Positions 11,398 to 21,328 of a stretch of DNA of 64,000 nucleotides are shown here, one piece after another. Every line of letters begins with the position of its first letter. The stretch's first letter is position 1. Origin of the DNA: an uncultured virus (IMG/VR IMGVR_UViG_2831345111_000004) (taxonomy: Duplodnaviria > Heunggongvirae > Uroviricota > Caudoviricetes); IMG/VR virus record IMGVR_UViG_2831345111_000004. One strand, 5' to 3'. The notes under the pieces are model-generated. The model ran no database searches, was not told the origin of the DNA, and saw nothing but the letters and a program-made list of their open reading frames with translations. Both the position numbers and the translations under genes were made by a program.

Positions 11398-11664
11398 ATG
11401 ACCATATTGCTCAACGAAGAAACTTTCGCAGAACCACTTAGCCCTGAGGAACTCGCCTGGGCGACAAAGCTCGACAAATTATTGGGGCAAATGCCACCCA
11501 GGATTAAGCTCATCGAAATCGATGACCGTCTCAAGATTGTTGATAAGGCGCTCGCAGAATGTGCGGGCTTATCAGGCGGCGGCTATGGGCAAATTGTAAA
11601 AGCGGGGGCCGAGCTGGCCGACCTCACCAACGGGATGTTTCAAATCAGTGGTATGACGTTTTAA
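11398..11664 (+). CDS. Small hypothetical protein (apparent paralog of 54402..54605)
   Basis: 88 aa ORF; shared L...L..MP...K....DD motif. Confidence 0.75.
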   Translation: MTILLNEETFAEPLSPEELAWATKLDKLLGQMPPRIKLIEIDDRLKIVDKALAECAGLSGGGYGQIVKAGAELADLTNGMFQISGMTF

Positions 11665-11711
11665 TCACTAGTCGAACAGCGAAAATGACTGAGTACCCAC
11701 AAAACAATAAG

Positions 11712-11740
11712 TAGACAAATATAGTAATTAATAGTATACT
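11712..11740 (+). promoter_or_regulatory. sigma70-type promoter
   Basis: TAGACA-17-TATACT. Confidence 0.7.
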
Positions 11741-11770
11741 TTTCGGCAATCAAAGAAGTTTGGAGCCGAA

Positions 11771-12709
11771 ATGTCCCTCGCGGTCATTACCACTTATTAT
11801 AACCCTTGCCGTTACGTTACTCGCCGCAAGAATTACGACATCTTCATGGCGGGTATGCGCGCCGCCGGCGTTCTTTGCCTCACGGTAGAGTGCGCATTCC
11901 CTGGTCAAGACTTTGAGCTGCCTCCCTCGCCGGACGTTGTGCAGGTTCGCGCGACTACTTTGCTTTGGCAAAAAGAGCGGTTGCTTAATATGGCTGCGGC
12001 CTATCTCCCATCGGACGTGAAATATGTTGCATGGCTGGATTGCGACATCGTGTTCGACAACAATAAATGGGCGGATGACCTGGTTGAAGTGCTGAAACAG
12101 CACCAGGTTGCCCAGGTCTTTGAAACAGCCATTCGCCTCGACCGCGATGGTATTACTGATGCCGAGCCGCGTGCGGAATCATTTGCCTCAGTGATGTCGC
12201 GTTGTCCAACAACACTCAATGCCGGCCGGTATGACGTTCATGGCCACACCGGGTATGGCTGGGCGATGCGACGAGAGTTGTTTGATGAAGTTGGGTTGTA
12301 CGAGGCGGCCGTAAGCGGTAGTGCCGACCATTTTATGGCGCATGCCATCTATGACCATTACGGCTTCTGCATCGAAAATGCACTGAAGCATGACCCGGCG
12401 CAAATATCGCATCTCAAGGAATGGGGTGACCAGTTTTACAAGCTGGTCCGCGGGAGCCTGGGTGTCGTCCCCGGCACGATTCGTCACTTGTGGCATGGAG
12501 ACACCGTAAACAGGCGCTATTTCCTGCGCATGCATGAAATTACCGACTTGGGATTTAATCCCTATACCGACATTCAGGCACAACCAGGAAAACCCCTTGA
12601 GTGGACGCCTGGAATTAACAAACCAGGGCTTGAAGCCTATTTCGCAAACTATTTCAATCAGCGCCAGGAAGATGGCGATGGAAAAGAACGCCAAGGAGTA
12701 TACGCATGA
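11771..12709 (+). CDS. Putative GT-A-fold glycosyltransferase-like protein
   Basis: WQKERLLN...YVAWLDCD (DxD)...GYGWA...GSADH...HLWHG. Confidence 0.6.
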   Translation: MSLAVITTYYNPCRYVTRRKNYDIFMAGMRAAGVLCLTVECAFPGQDFELPPSPDVVQVRATTLLWQKERLLNMAAAYLPSDVKYVAWLDCDIVFDNNKWADDLVEVLKQHQVAQVFETAIRLDRDGITDAEPRAESFASVMSRCPTTLNAGRYDVHGHTGYGWAMRRELFDEVGLYEAAVSGSADHFMAHAIYDHYGFCIENALKHDPAQISHLKEWGDQFYKLVRGSLGVVPGTIRHLWHGDTVNRRYFLRMHEITDLGFNPYTDIQAQPGKPLEWTPGINKPGLEAYFANYFNQRQEDGDGKERQGVYA

Positions 12710-13332
12710 CGCAGTACCCCACATCGATTACGTCTGACGCGGAAGCTGCAGCCGTTGAAGCCAAAATAACAACGGCCCAGCAGGAGCTCGAAAAAATCCG
12801 CGGACAGGTCCGCGATATTACGCGTGGCCGCACCAACGCCGGCCAGCGTATGGTGAATACCTATCTGGGGAGCCTTAGCTCTACAGGGTTAACGACACTG
12901 GCTCGAGCATTTCCAGGGTTCCTCAAGGCGGAATTGCGTGAACTCTATCTCAAGAACATCCCGATTCTCTGGATATTCAAGCCCTCTGGATACGCGAACG
13001 CGCTTTCGCTGCTCAAGACGCAATTCCTGGCCTACCTCGACAAGAGCGGTCAGTTCCTGGTTGAAGATGGCCTGCTGCGCGAGCTGGGCCTGCGCCAGGC
13101 CATGGTTAGCCAAGAGCTGACCCGACTCGTTACCCTGCATGCTCAATATCGACACATGCAGTCCATGGGGGTTAAGTCGCCCGTCATCAAGCGGTCCACG
13201 ACCATTATCGAGGAAGATGATGAAGATGTTCAGCCCTACCTCGTCGACATTGCAGATGACGAAATTCTGAATCTCATCAATCCTCCTTCTGTAGTAATTG
13301 CTACCGACGACAGCCTTGGCTATTATTCCTAG
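12706..13332 (+). CDS. Hypothetical coiled-coil protein
   Basis: ATGA overlap with upstream gene; AAGGAG RBS. Confidence 0.8.
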   Translation: MTQYPTSITSDAEAAAVEAKITTAQQELEKIRGQVRDITRGRTNAGQRMVNTYLGSLSSTGLTTLARAFPGFLKAELRELYLKNIPILWIFKPSGYANALSLLKTQFLAYLDKSGQFLVEDGLLRELGLRQAMVSQELTRLVTLHAQYRHMQSMGVKSPVIKRSTTIIEEDDEDVQPYLVDIADDEILNLINPPSVVIATDDSLGYYS

Positions 13333-13382
13333 GCGACCTTCCTCCAGCCCCGTTCTCCGGGGCTTTGTTTTTGGATGCCGTG

Positions 13383-14177
13383 ATGCTGGTTAGAAAATTC
13401 GAACGAAATTCTCAAGGCCGTGACTTTGTCGTGGGAGACATCCATGGTGCGTTTGACCTGTTGGTCAATGCTCTAAATTTGGTGGAGTTTAATCCGGATG
13501 TTGACCGCCTGTTCCTGGTTGGGGACTTGGTAGACCGTGGCCGCTATTCGAAGGTGGCAAAGGATTTCCTCTCCCAGCCGTGGGTCCACTCCACACGAGG
13601 CAATCACGAACAGTTATTCCTTTCCCTCTTCGCCAATGGTAAGCCATCCGCTAATGAGTTAGCCTGGCACGTCGAAAGGAATGGCTTGGGGTGGGTTACC
13701 GAACTCACGCAAGATGAAATCGCTGAATTCTGCCGTCTGTTCTCCGCCCTTCCTTTCGCTATCGAGGTCGAGACAGTCCGCGGCAGCGTCGGGCTGGTCC
13801 ATGCAGAGGTCCCTGTCGGTATGGATTGGGCAACCTTCCTACGCCGCATCTCCGAAGGAGACGAGCAGGTTATCCAGTCAGCCATCTGGGGGCGCACGCG
13901 CGCCAAACAGGAAATTGTGTCAGGGGTTTTAGGTGTCGACCGGCTCTTTGCCGGGCATACCCCCCAGGCGCAGGGCGCCAAGCGCTTTGGAAACTGCTAC
14001 ATCGTGGATACAGCAGCGGTATTCGGAAGTGCTCATGGCCCGACTGAAGGGCACCTTTCGCTTGCGAACATGACCTGCACTACCGAGGTCTTGGTGTCTC
14101 CCGCGTCGCAAAAATCACTGGTCGAGATTTTCAACATTCCTTCAAATCGACCATTTGGGTATTACGCTAGTAATTAA
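13383..14177 (+). CDS. Metallophosphoesterase (PphA/lambda NinI-like Ser/Thr phosphatase)
   Basis: GDIHG, GDLVDRG, RGNHE, VHAE, GHTP motifs. Confidence 0.95.
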   Translation: MLVRKFERNSQGRDFVVGDIHGAFDLLVNALNLVEFNPDVDRLFLVGDLVDRGRYSKVAKDFLSQPWVHSTRGNHEQLFLSLFANGKPSANELAWHVERNGLGWVTELTQDEIAEFCRLFSALPFAIEVETVRGSVGLVHAEVPVGMDWATFLRRISEGDEQVIQSAIWGRTRAKQEIVSGVLGVDRLFAGHTPQAQGAKRFGNCYIVDTAAVFGSAHGPTEGHLSLANMTCTTEVLVSPASQKSLVEIFNIPSNRPFGYYASN

Positions 14178-14223
14178 GCGGTATTTTTAGCACGGATTTT
14201 GCCAAAAATACCGCCGGATACTC

Positions 14224-14901
14224 TCAACTTTCGAAATTATCGCGCACCAATCCAAGCGCCTTTAATGCTGCCAACGTGCTGTCGACATCTGTGTGATGGA
14301 TGGCAATACCACCTGCCTCCTCCCATGGCTTGAGGTTGCGCTCCAGGTCATCGACCAGGACAGCCCCAGGGGAGACAAACTTGTATTTGTTGACCCCGCC
14401 GTACACCGTGTTCACCTTCAGGTCTGGAGATAGATTCCTCGCTACCCAATGGCGCTTATCGCGCTCCGCTGTGACCAGGAAGCCTGTTGGCAGGGGCATG
14501 GCTGTCAGGATTTCAACCCCCTCCCCCAGATGAGAAACCGCATCCAGAAGACGCATGGAATCAGGGATAAGGGGAAGCTTTGAAAATAGATTCGGTACCA
14601 GGGACAACCGGCCCCAGGCCATCGCGCCACTCATCTCGGTGTAATCGCGCTTCAGAATCTGCCGAACAAACGGGAAGAAATCTGCGAATACCCCATCCAG
14701 GTCAAAATAGAGCCTGGTCGGGACATCAGAGATTACACCGGTTTGGTTGCGCGCATCATTCATGACAGGCAGGCTTGGCAGTGGTATTGGCGCCCCTGCC
14801 GCGCCTGAGGAGGGGTAGCAACATGGGAAGCAATGAAGCACCCCAGGATGCGTATGACAATCGCAGGTACACCCGCCATAGGCGATTGGCAGACGCCTCA
14901 T
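14224..14901 (-). CDS. HAD-family 5'(3')-deoxyribonucleotidase-like protein with Cys/His-rich N-terminus
   Basis: FDLDGVFADF, ILTA, LVDDLERN..PWEEAGG; ATGA overlap with upstream gene. Confidence 0.85.
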   Translation of the reverse strand: MRRLPIAYGGCTCDCHTHPGVLHCFPCCYPSSGAAGAPIPLPSLPVMNDARNQTGVISDVPTRLYFDLDGVFADFFPFVRQILKRDYTEMSGAMAWGRLSLVPNLFSKLPLIPDSMRLLDAVSHLGEGVEILTAMPLPTGFLVTAERDKRHWVARNLSPDLKVNTVYGGVNKYKFVSPGAVLVDDLERNLKPWEEAGGIAIHHTDVDSTLAALKALGLVRDNFES

Positions 14902-15971
14902 CGGGGGCCCCCTCGCTTGCGGAGAAACTTTTTCACCAGGGTGGCCATAACTTCCTCGACCTCGGCCGCCGAGTCAAGAATGAGAACCGGGACAACGTTG
15001 AGGTCGTCTTGGTAGAAAACCCTTGCCAGGTGGTTAATCTGCATCTCGGCAGAACCTGGCAGGTGGATACTATGGCTAAACAGCGTATCTGCTGTAGGTT
15101 CCAGGTAGGCCTCGAGCCCGTATTGGCCAATATCCGAGATTAATTTTTGGAAGTGTGCAGGCTGCGCCTCGAGTAGCTCAAAGTCCCCGGTCGTCAATAC
15201 GACCGCCGGGCGCCTGAAGCCTTGCCCGTCGTTGGAAAATAGAACTCCACGGATATTCAACGGAATTTCCCGAGGATTCATCAACCCCATAACCTCAAGG
15301 TTAAGCGAATCACCATGGTTTAAGAACCGACTCCCCTGCTCAAGTATCCAACTTTCATGCTCTTCATCTAGGAGGGCCGCAGCCAAGGGGAAACAATTCC
15401 ACTTGTAGAGTTGTTCAAACATGCGGCCACGCAGGATGAATTCGGAGACATTAAAGACTTCAGAGAGCGCTGCAGCGCGATTTTCGGCTACGACCGCTTC
15501 GCACTGCGCCTCAATAAGAATATTCGCAGCACCGCGAAGATGCATGTTGGCGCGGGTTTCAACTTCAGTGGGGAGGCCAACCAGGGATTCGGGATGTGGA
15601 TGATTAAGCATTGAGTTGATGCTGCCGGAAGCAAGGCCATCTCGCAGGATAGCGGCTGAATACGCCAGCACCAGCATCAAGGTCACCAACACCGGGTCCT
15701 GGGCCTCGAGATGAGAACTTACTTTCGGCGCAATGAGGGCAGCCAGCTCATCACACATCGCAAGCTCTGCCCGAGGGAAATGTACCCCAGCAGTGTCAAG
15801 CAAGTGAGTCGCCTGTATGCGACATAACTGCCCCTGCAACGATGGCGGGAAGAGGTCACTATAATGGTCGATAAGCACGGAGGCTGCTTGGTACGCCCGC
15901 GTGAGCTTAAGTCCGGAAAATTTCCCTCCCATAGCCCAATCACGCGCCATCAAAATACTATCGTTTGTCAT
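14898..15971 (-). CDS. Hypothetical protein
   Basis: 357 aa ORF, AGGTG RBS, promoter at 16012-16040. Confidence 0.8.
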   Translation of the reverse strand: MTNDSILMARDWAMGGKFSGLKLTRAYQAASVLIDHYSDLFPPSLQGQLCRIQATHLLDTAGVHFPRAELAMCDELAALIAPKVSSHLEAQDPVLVTLMLVLAYSAAILRDGLASGSINSMLNHPHPESLVGLPTEVETRANMHLRGAANILIEAQCEAVVAENRAAALSEVFNVSEFILRGRMFEQLYKWNCFPLAAALLDEEHESWILEQGSRFLNHGDSLNLEVMGLMNPREIPLNIRGVLFSNDGQGFRRPAVVLTTGDFELLEAQPAHFQKLISDIGQYGLEAYLEPTADTLFSHSIHLPGSAEMQINHLARVFYQDDLNVVPVLILDSAAEVEEVMATLVKKFLRKRGGPR

Positions 15972-16011
15972 TTATCACCTGCTAATGCCGTGTGTGGCGA
16001 GAATAAAGAAA

Positions 16012-16099
16012 AGTATAACTATAAATCCATTAACAGTCAAGAATCAAGGCCATATTAACTTCACATTACATTGACAAAAGTAAACAATAATGGTATAGT
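16012..16099. promoter_or_regulatory. Divergent sigma70 promoter pair
   Basis: Minus TTGACT-17-TATACT (16012-16040); plus TTGACA-17-TATAGT (16071-16099). Confidence 0.8.
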
Positions 16100-16134
16100 T
16101 TAACCTTCAATTTCAGACATAAACGGGCGCGCTC

Positions 16135-17373
16135 ATGGCAAAATTATTCATCCCCTCTAAGCTCAAGGTTGGCTTCCAGAATCGAAACGACACCTTCACA
16201 GGGAAACTGGCTTACGTCACCTATTACGACGAAAAAGGTAAGCTTCGTAAAGAAGGCTCGTGGACGGGTTGGATTGATAAATCCATCGACACCCTCGAAA
16301 TCGATAACAAGCCATTAGCTGGGTTTGTGCTGAACAAAGGGGTGCAGCGTAATGGTTACTGGGGCTCCGGCCGCTCTATCGTCCGGGTGCATCATCCTGA
16401 CGGTTTTGAATTTGAAATCTCCATCGACAACCTCATCGGCATCCTGATGCATTCCGATGTCTCCAAACGCGATATCGTGGAAGAGTGCGTCTTTGCCTGG
16501 GCCGGGAGCGACCTGGTGCTGTTGCCGGTCAATTCCCAGGACTATCTGGATTCTCTGGAGTACACCAAAAAACAGGATGGCAAGGTTTCCGCAAAATCAC
16601 TTGTGCCGGGCCGCCAGTATGCTTTAAAGAAGAACGACCATGTACTCACTTATGTGGGGTATTACGAATGGTTTGATTTCAACGTTACGCATGAAGAGAT
16701 TGGCACCCGGAGCTATTACAGCGCGATGAGCTGGCTATCTATTACCAAACAGGTTTCAAAGGGCAAAAAGCATGTGTTCTTTGACGGGAATCAGTTTGTA
16801 GTGCCTAGTGTAGCGACTCTCAGCGGCGAGGTTTCCACCGACATCAACCCGGACTTTTCAGCCATCGTGGATAAGTTCTTCCATACCACGCACTCCCAGC
16901 CCATTGCTGGGCTGGCGATTGAGCCTGTCGAGGTGAAGGACTATACCATCGACTACAGTTCGCCATTATGTAGCCTCTACCGGCTCACGATGGCAACTGA
17001 CAAGATGACCGGGTATGAGCGCATCACACATAAGGCCCATGGGCATTATTTCCATGAGCAGCCTGACGCTGCTAAGCAAGCAGCCCTTGTATGTAGCTCG
17101 CTGGGTCAACGGGATTTTGATGTGACATTCAATAATGGCTTTACTCAGACCAGCGCTGGAAACGAGCACACCTGTGCACTCCCGTTTGATGCCGAAGGAA
17201 AGCTTGAGGATGTCGTGTACCCAAGCGACATTCAATTCGTGGGCGAATCGGTACCCGGCTATTTGAAACCCCGGTATTCAGCACGATACGTGGCTCTACT
17301 GAACAAGCTGGGTTACGGCCACCTGCGCTACAAATTACAAAACGGCAATATTTCGAAAGGTGAAAAAGTATGA
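16135..17373 (+). CDS. Hypothetical protein (large-phage-like)
   Basis: 412 aa; N-terminus FIPSKLKVGFQNR.DT.TGKLAYV.Y. Confidence 0.85.
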   Translation: MAKLFIPSKLKVGFQNRNDTFTGKLAYVTYYDEKGKLRKEGSWTGWIDKSIDTLEIDNKPLAGFVLNKGVQRNGYWGSGRSIVRVHHPDGFEFEISIDNLIGILMHSDVSKRDIVEECVFAWAGSDLVLLPVNSQDYLDSLEYTKKQDGKVSAKSLVPGRQYALKKNDHVLTYVGYYEWFDFNVTHEEIGTRSYYSAMSWLSITKQVSKGKKHVFFDGNQFVVPSVATLSGEVSTDINPDFSAIVDKFFHTTHSQPIAGLAIEPVEVKDYTIDYSSPLCSLYRLTMATDKMTGYERITHKAHGHYFHEQPDAAKQAALVCSSLGQRDFDVTFNNGFTQTSAGNEHTCALPFDAEGKLEDVVYPSDIQFVGESVPGYLKPRYSARYVALLNKLGYGHLRYKLQNGNISKGEKV

Positions 17374-17822
17374 CAACTGAACAACTCACGGCAGACCAAA
17401 AAGTTGAGAAGCTCCTCGCTGCGGTCGCGGTCCAACGTAAAGAAGTGGATGCTCTTGACGCACAAACCAAGCGTCCCTGGGAAACGAATTGCTCCTTCAA
17501 GCTGGAGTGGGCCGCTGTGCCGGTAAATTTGCAAACCGCACCCCTCACCATGGTGCTCTCATTGACGGCCGAGCTGGTTATGCGTCGCAGCGCTAGTGCT
17601 GAAGCAGCACGCATCCTGGGCTTGGAAGATGCGACCATTACCCTGAGTGGATTCAGCTATGAAGCCTGGGAAGCTGACTTCAAGAAGCGTGTCGCTATCA
17701 TCCGCCTCCAGGAAAAGCGCAAGAAGCTGGACGATGTGGAAGCCCGCCTCAACCAGCTGGTTTCCCCGGAAAAGCGCCGTGAAATGGAACTGGCCGCGGT
17801 CGAGGCAGAACTGTTGAGCTGA
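17370..17822 (+). CDS. Hypothetical coiled-coil protein
   Basis: ATGA overlap with upstream gene. Confidence 0.85.
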   Translation: MTTEQLTADQKVEKLLAAVAVQRKEVDALDAQTKRPWETNCSFKLEWAAVPVNLQTAPLTMVLSLTAELVMRRSASAEAARILGLEDATITLSGFSYEAWEADFKKRVAIIRLQEKRKKLDDVEARLNQLVSPEKRREMELAAVEAELLS

Positions 17823-17866
17823 CACTTCGCTAAGCCTACAAAACTAATAGCAAAAAGGAATCTCCC

Positions 17867-18892
17867 ATGGGCGGCAACGCATTGAGTTACACAACGGTTC
17901 GGCTTACCGACAGGAATTTCCACCGTTTTGCGGCGGATACCGTCAGCAAGCTTCGGTCGCTGCTGCCCGGTCGCAAAATATCAGCCATTGAAGCGTACCG
18001 CTCAAAGAGCGACTTCGGTGACCTTGATGTGCTGGTTGAATCCTCGGATTACGACCCCTTTAAGGCGGCAGAAGCCTTGGGCGCCATCGAAATCGTGCGT
18101 AATGGCCCGGTAACATCCATCGGTGTGGTTGTGCGGCCTGAGTTGGGGCTTCTGCACGGCAATGTGTTCCAGGTCGACTTGATTGCCATCGATGAGCCCT
18201 CGTTCGACTATGCCAAGGGCTACTTTGCGTTCAATGACCTCGGTAACCTGGTAGGACGGATTGCGCATGCCATGGGCGTTTCCCATCGACACGATGGGTT
18301 GTATTTCTATGTGCGGGACGGCGATTACAAATTCCGTGAAATTTGCCTAACTAAAGACCATGCCCTGGCTCTAGCCTTTCTTGGGTTCTCCCTTGAACGC
18401 TTTGCACAGGGCTTTGAGACATTAGAAGAAATTTTCCGGTTCGTCGGCAACTCGCCATTCTTCAATTCTGACATCTTCCTGCTCGAGAACAGGAATGCGG
18501 TATCGCGCGTTCGCGACCGCAAGCGGAAGACATACACAGCTTTCCTGAGTTGGTGCGAGCTGCATCACGAGTTACCCCAATTTCCCTTCCCTGAGGATAA
18601 GGCCGCCTGGCAACCAAGGATTGAAGAGTACTTTCCGCACTTCAACCACGAACATGCTGCGGCGCTTCAGGACCTGTCAAACCAACGCTTAGCTAAGGAA
18701 AAGTTTAACGGTGCGCTGGTGGCTTCGTTGACCGGCCTTGAGGGGAAGGCGTTGGGGGAACTGATGAAACGCATCAAGACATCGTTTGGTGGCCCCGAGG
18801 CACTGCGAAGCGAGGTGCTGGGTATCACGGAGGAGGCGCTTCGGCAAAGAATCCTCGATACCCACACAGCTATGCTTAATGACCGCCCATAA
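17867..18892 (+). CDS. Pol-beta/PolX-superfamily nucleotidyltransferase-like protein
   Basis: DFGDLDVLV (DxD) and QVDLI (third Asp). Confidence 0.65.
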   Translation: MGGNALSYTTVRLTDRNFHRFAADTVSKLRSLLPGRKISAIEAYRSKSDFGDLDVLVESSDYDPFKAAEALGAIEIVRNGPVTSIGVVVRPELGLLHGNVFQVDLIAIDEPSFDYAKGYFAFNDLGNLVGRIAHAMGVSHRHDGLYFYVRDGDYKFREICLTKDHALALAFLGFSLERFAQGFETLEEIFRFVGNSPFFNSDIFLLENRNAVSRVRDRKRKTYTAFLSWCELHHELPQFPFPEDKAAWQPRIEEYFPHFNHEHAAALQDLSNQRLAKEKFNGALVASLTGLEGKALGELMKRIKTSFGGPEALRSEVLGITEEALRQRILDTHTAMLNDRP

Positions 18893-18964
18893 GCCATCCA
18901 ACCTTGATTAGCGTCGGCTATACCCTTGATGTAGGTCATTTATAACTTCATCAAGGAGCATATT

Positions 18965-20023
18965 TTGGGCTGTTCTAATATTTTTTGTGGGGTAACCAAC
19001 CAGGTGATTGGGCCGTGGGACCGGTGTTATGTGATTCCGGTTCGTCAATCCAGTACTTTTAATGAGGTTGAGATGTCGATTGGCGACCGCGATTTATCTA
19101 TGCCAGGAATCGCCAATTCATCCTGTTATCCAGGCTGCTACTGGGAGCCGATGTCGGCCTTTGTCAGCGGCACGTATGACGACGACTATTATCGGATAAA
19201 TCCGGATGATACCGCCGTTAATCGACGTGCCATGGCAAACTTCTTTCTGGAGCTGTATCGCAATGCTCCGGTGGTGAAGGTGGGTAAAAACCCGACGCAT
19301 GACGTGCCCTTTAACATCCAGGCCTTCATTGCCGAGAAAGCCCCCAGTCTGGAAAAAGCTGTGCAGGGCCTTAAATGGTTTATGACGGTTGACCAGGTTG
19401 ATGGCCTCAAATCCGATGAACTTGTGAAGGTGTGGGAGTACGTTTTTAGCGTCTCCTCACAACACCGGCTCTTTTGCAATGCTCATGGAATGATTCGTCC
19501 AGTTCAGTTTGCTGCATTTCACCATGTGACCTTCGACAACCTGGTTCAATTAACCTCAGGGTTCAAAACCTATTCAGGGGACTCCTATGAGCTAAGCGAA
19601 CTGCTTCGCCGTGAGCTGGATACATTGGAAGCCAAACTGCAAGAAGTATTGGCCAATGATGAGTACGATGAGACCAAGAAACTGAGTTACGCGTATGTTC
19701 ATCGTTCTAATTTCCAGAGCGAGCTGAAGCTGAATATGTCGGACAGCGTCCATAATATTCTGTATCCGTTTAACGGAGAACAGTTTGACCTGCTTGGCAA
19801 ATATCTGGATGAGGGCATGCCCTTTGACGAGTATGTTGAAGCCATGCGGCCGACCATGGCCGGTGTTTATGCCCTAGCTGGCATGAATGCCTTGAACCTG
19901 AAGTTTGCACCGTTTGTTACGGCTGGCCAGGACTATGACAACAGCCAGGGTACCGCGTATGCAAAGTTCGTCACCTCGGTCTCCAAGGCAATCAACAAGG
20001 AAGTAACGAAAAAGTACCGCTAA
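18965..20023 (+). CDS. Hypothetical protein
   Basis: 352 aa, TTG start with AAGGAG RBS. Confidence 0.85.
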   Translation: MGCSNIFCGVTNQVIGPWDRCYVIPVRQSSTFNEVEMSIGDRDLSMPGIANSSCYPGCYWEPMSAFVSGTYDDDYYRINPDDTAVNRRAMANFFLELYRNAPVVKVGKNPTHDVPFNIQAFIAEKAPSLEKAVQGLKWFMTVDQVDGLKSDELVKVWEYVFSVSSQHRLFCNAHGMIRPVQFAAFHHVTFDNLVQLTSGFKTYSGDSYELSELLRRELDTLEAKLQEVLANDEYDETKKLSYAYVHRSNFQSELKLNMSDSVHNILYPFNGEQFDLLGKYLDEGMPFDEYVEAMRPTMAGVYALAGMNALNLKFAPFVTAGQDYDNSQGTAYAKFVTSVSKAINKEVTKKYR

Positions 20024-20046
20024 CCAGCAGTACTTTGTAGCACTCA

Positions 20047-20072
20047 GCGCCCACCGATAAGGTGGGCGTTTC
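20047..20072. terminator. Intrinsic terminator between convergent genes
   Basis: GCGCCCACC-GATAA-GGTGGGCGT-TT. Confidence 0.7.
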
Positions 20073-20495
20073 TTAAGCCTTCCGCCAGAATTCTTTATAG
20101 GCCTTAGTTGCTGCTGCCAAAAACTCCTCCTCAGTGTAGTCTTCAGGCGCAGTGAGGCCTGGCAGAACTTCACACAGGACATATTCCGAGGTCATCCCAA
20201 GGATGTTTGGCGTATCTTCCCCTAAGTCGCCGCGCCGAATGTAGAAGAGCTTTTTGGCGGCTGCCGGCACACTGTGCTCATCATAGAAGTCCTCCTCTCC
20301 GCCCATATCAAAGAGCTCGCCACCTTCATAGGTGATGTTTACCTCATCAGGCTCATCTTCGAAAACCTCGATTATGTACAGCGCCAGGAAGGGCTTGGGT
20401 GGATTGAAGTCAAGTGCGACAAATTCCATGCCCGGCTCCTTTTTTGCCGCGACAATTGCTTCTTGATAGGTCAGGAATGTTAGGTTGTTGTTCAT
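20073..20495 (-). CDS. Acidic hypothetical protein
   Basis: 140 aa, GGAG RBS. Confidence 0.8.
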   Translation of the reverse strand: MNNNLTFLTYQEAIVAAKKEPGMEFVALDFNPPKPFLALYIIEVFEDEPDEVNITYEGGELFDMGGEEDFYDEHSVPAAAKKLFYIRRGDLGEDTPNILGMTSEYVLCEVLPGLTAPEDYTEEEFLAAATKAYKEFWRKA

Positions 20496-20530
20496 GTTGG
20501 CTCCGATGTGAAGCCAACAGTATAAAATTT

Positions 20531-21244
20531 CTATTGAGGAATATGGTAGTACTTAAAAACAAATGCTTTTGCAGCTGCCTCAGCCTCTGGCCATTTATCT
20601 CTTGGTAAAGGGGATGGAATCTTGCAATCCAATGTCATGCCGCATTGGAACCGTTCCATTCCATACGCAGTGGGCCATCGGTGGTCATAGGTCAGACCAT
20701 CCTTTAGCTTTACGAACATCGATTCAGCAAGAATTGCTGACTTTTTAGCTTGGTCAGGATGGTCCTTTAGATAAGCGATTAACTGCTCGACGCCAGTTTT
20801 ACCTGAGGTACTGAAAGGCAGCAAAAAGAATTTAGCATTCGTTTGAATCTCATCTCGACCGGAAGCAGAGCCATATCGCAGGGCATCATACCAACCTAAC
20901 ATCGCAGCAGTTAAAATAACAGGCAACCCTGATTCAATGCCTTCTCGTGGCATATAGAATGCGCCTAGGAGCTCCATTGTCTCCATGGGTGTCAACTGCC
21001 ACCTCTCAGAGGCTGTCAGTGTTTTATCAAAGGCAGTTCCTGCAGCCGCGTCATGCGCCAATACACCAGTCATTTGCTCTCTTGTACGAAGACGGCGTTG
21101 TTCCCACGACTGTAGCCGATAAGGGGATTGCGCTATCTCGCCAACTTGCGCCGAAGGGCCGGCAAAGCTCGAAGCACTAAATACAAGTGTCGAAATAGAT
21201 AAAAATGCCACAAGCAAAAGGTTTGGTGACTTGAGTTTCTGCAT
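20531..21244 (-). CDS. Secreted hypothetical protein
   Basis: Sec signal peptide (…SSFA|G), 237 aa, AT-richer DNA. Confidence 0.8.
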   Translation of the reverse strand: MQKLKSPNLLLVAFLSISTLVFSASSFAGPSAQVGEIAQSPYRLQSWEQRRLRTREQMTGVLAHDAAAGTAFDKTLTASERWQLTPMETMELLGAFYMPREGIESGLPVILTAAMLGWYDALRYGSASGRDEIQTNAKFFLLPFSTSGKTGVEQLIAYLKDHPDQAKKSAILAESMFVKLKDGLTYDHRWPTAYGMERFQCGMTLDCKIPSPLPRDKWPEAEAAAKAFVFKYYHIPQ

Positions 21245-21328
21245 TTCAATGATGATAAGTTAACAAAATTATTTAGGTATAGATAAGTTAACTTAAGGCG
21301 CTATCGTCTCCTGCCAATTTGATATAAC

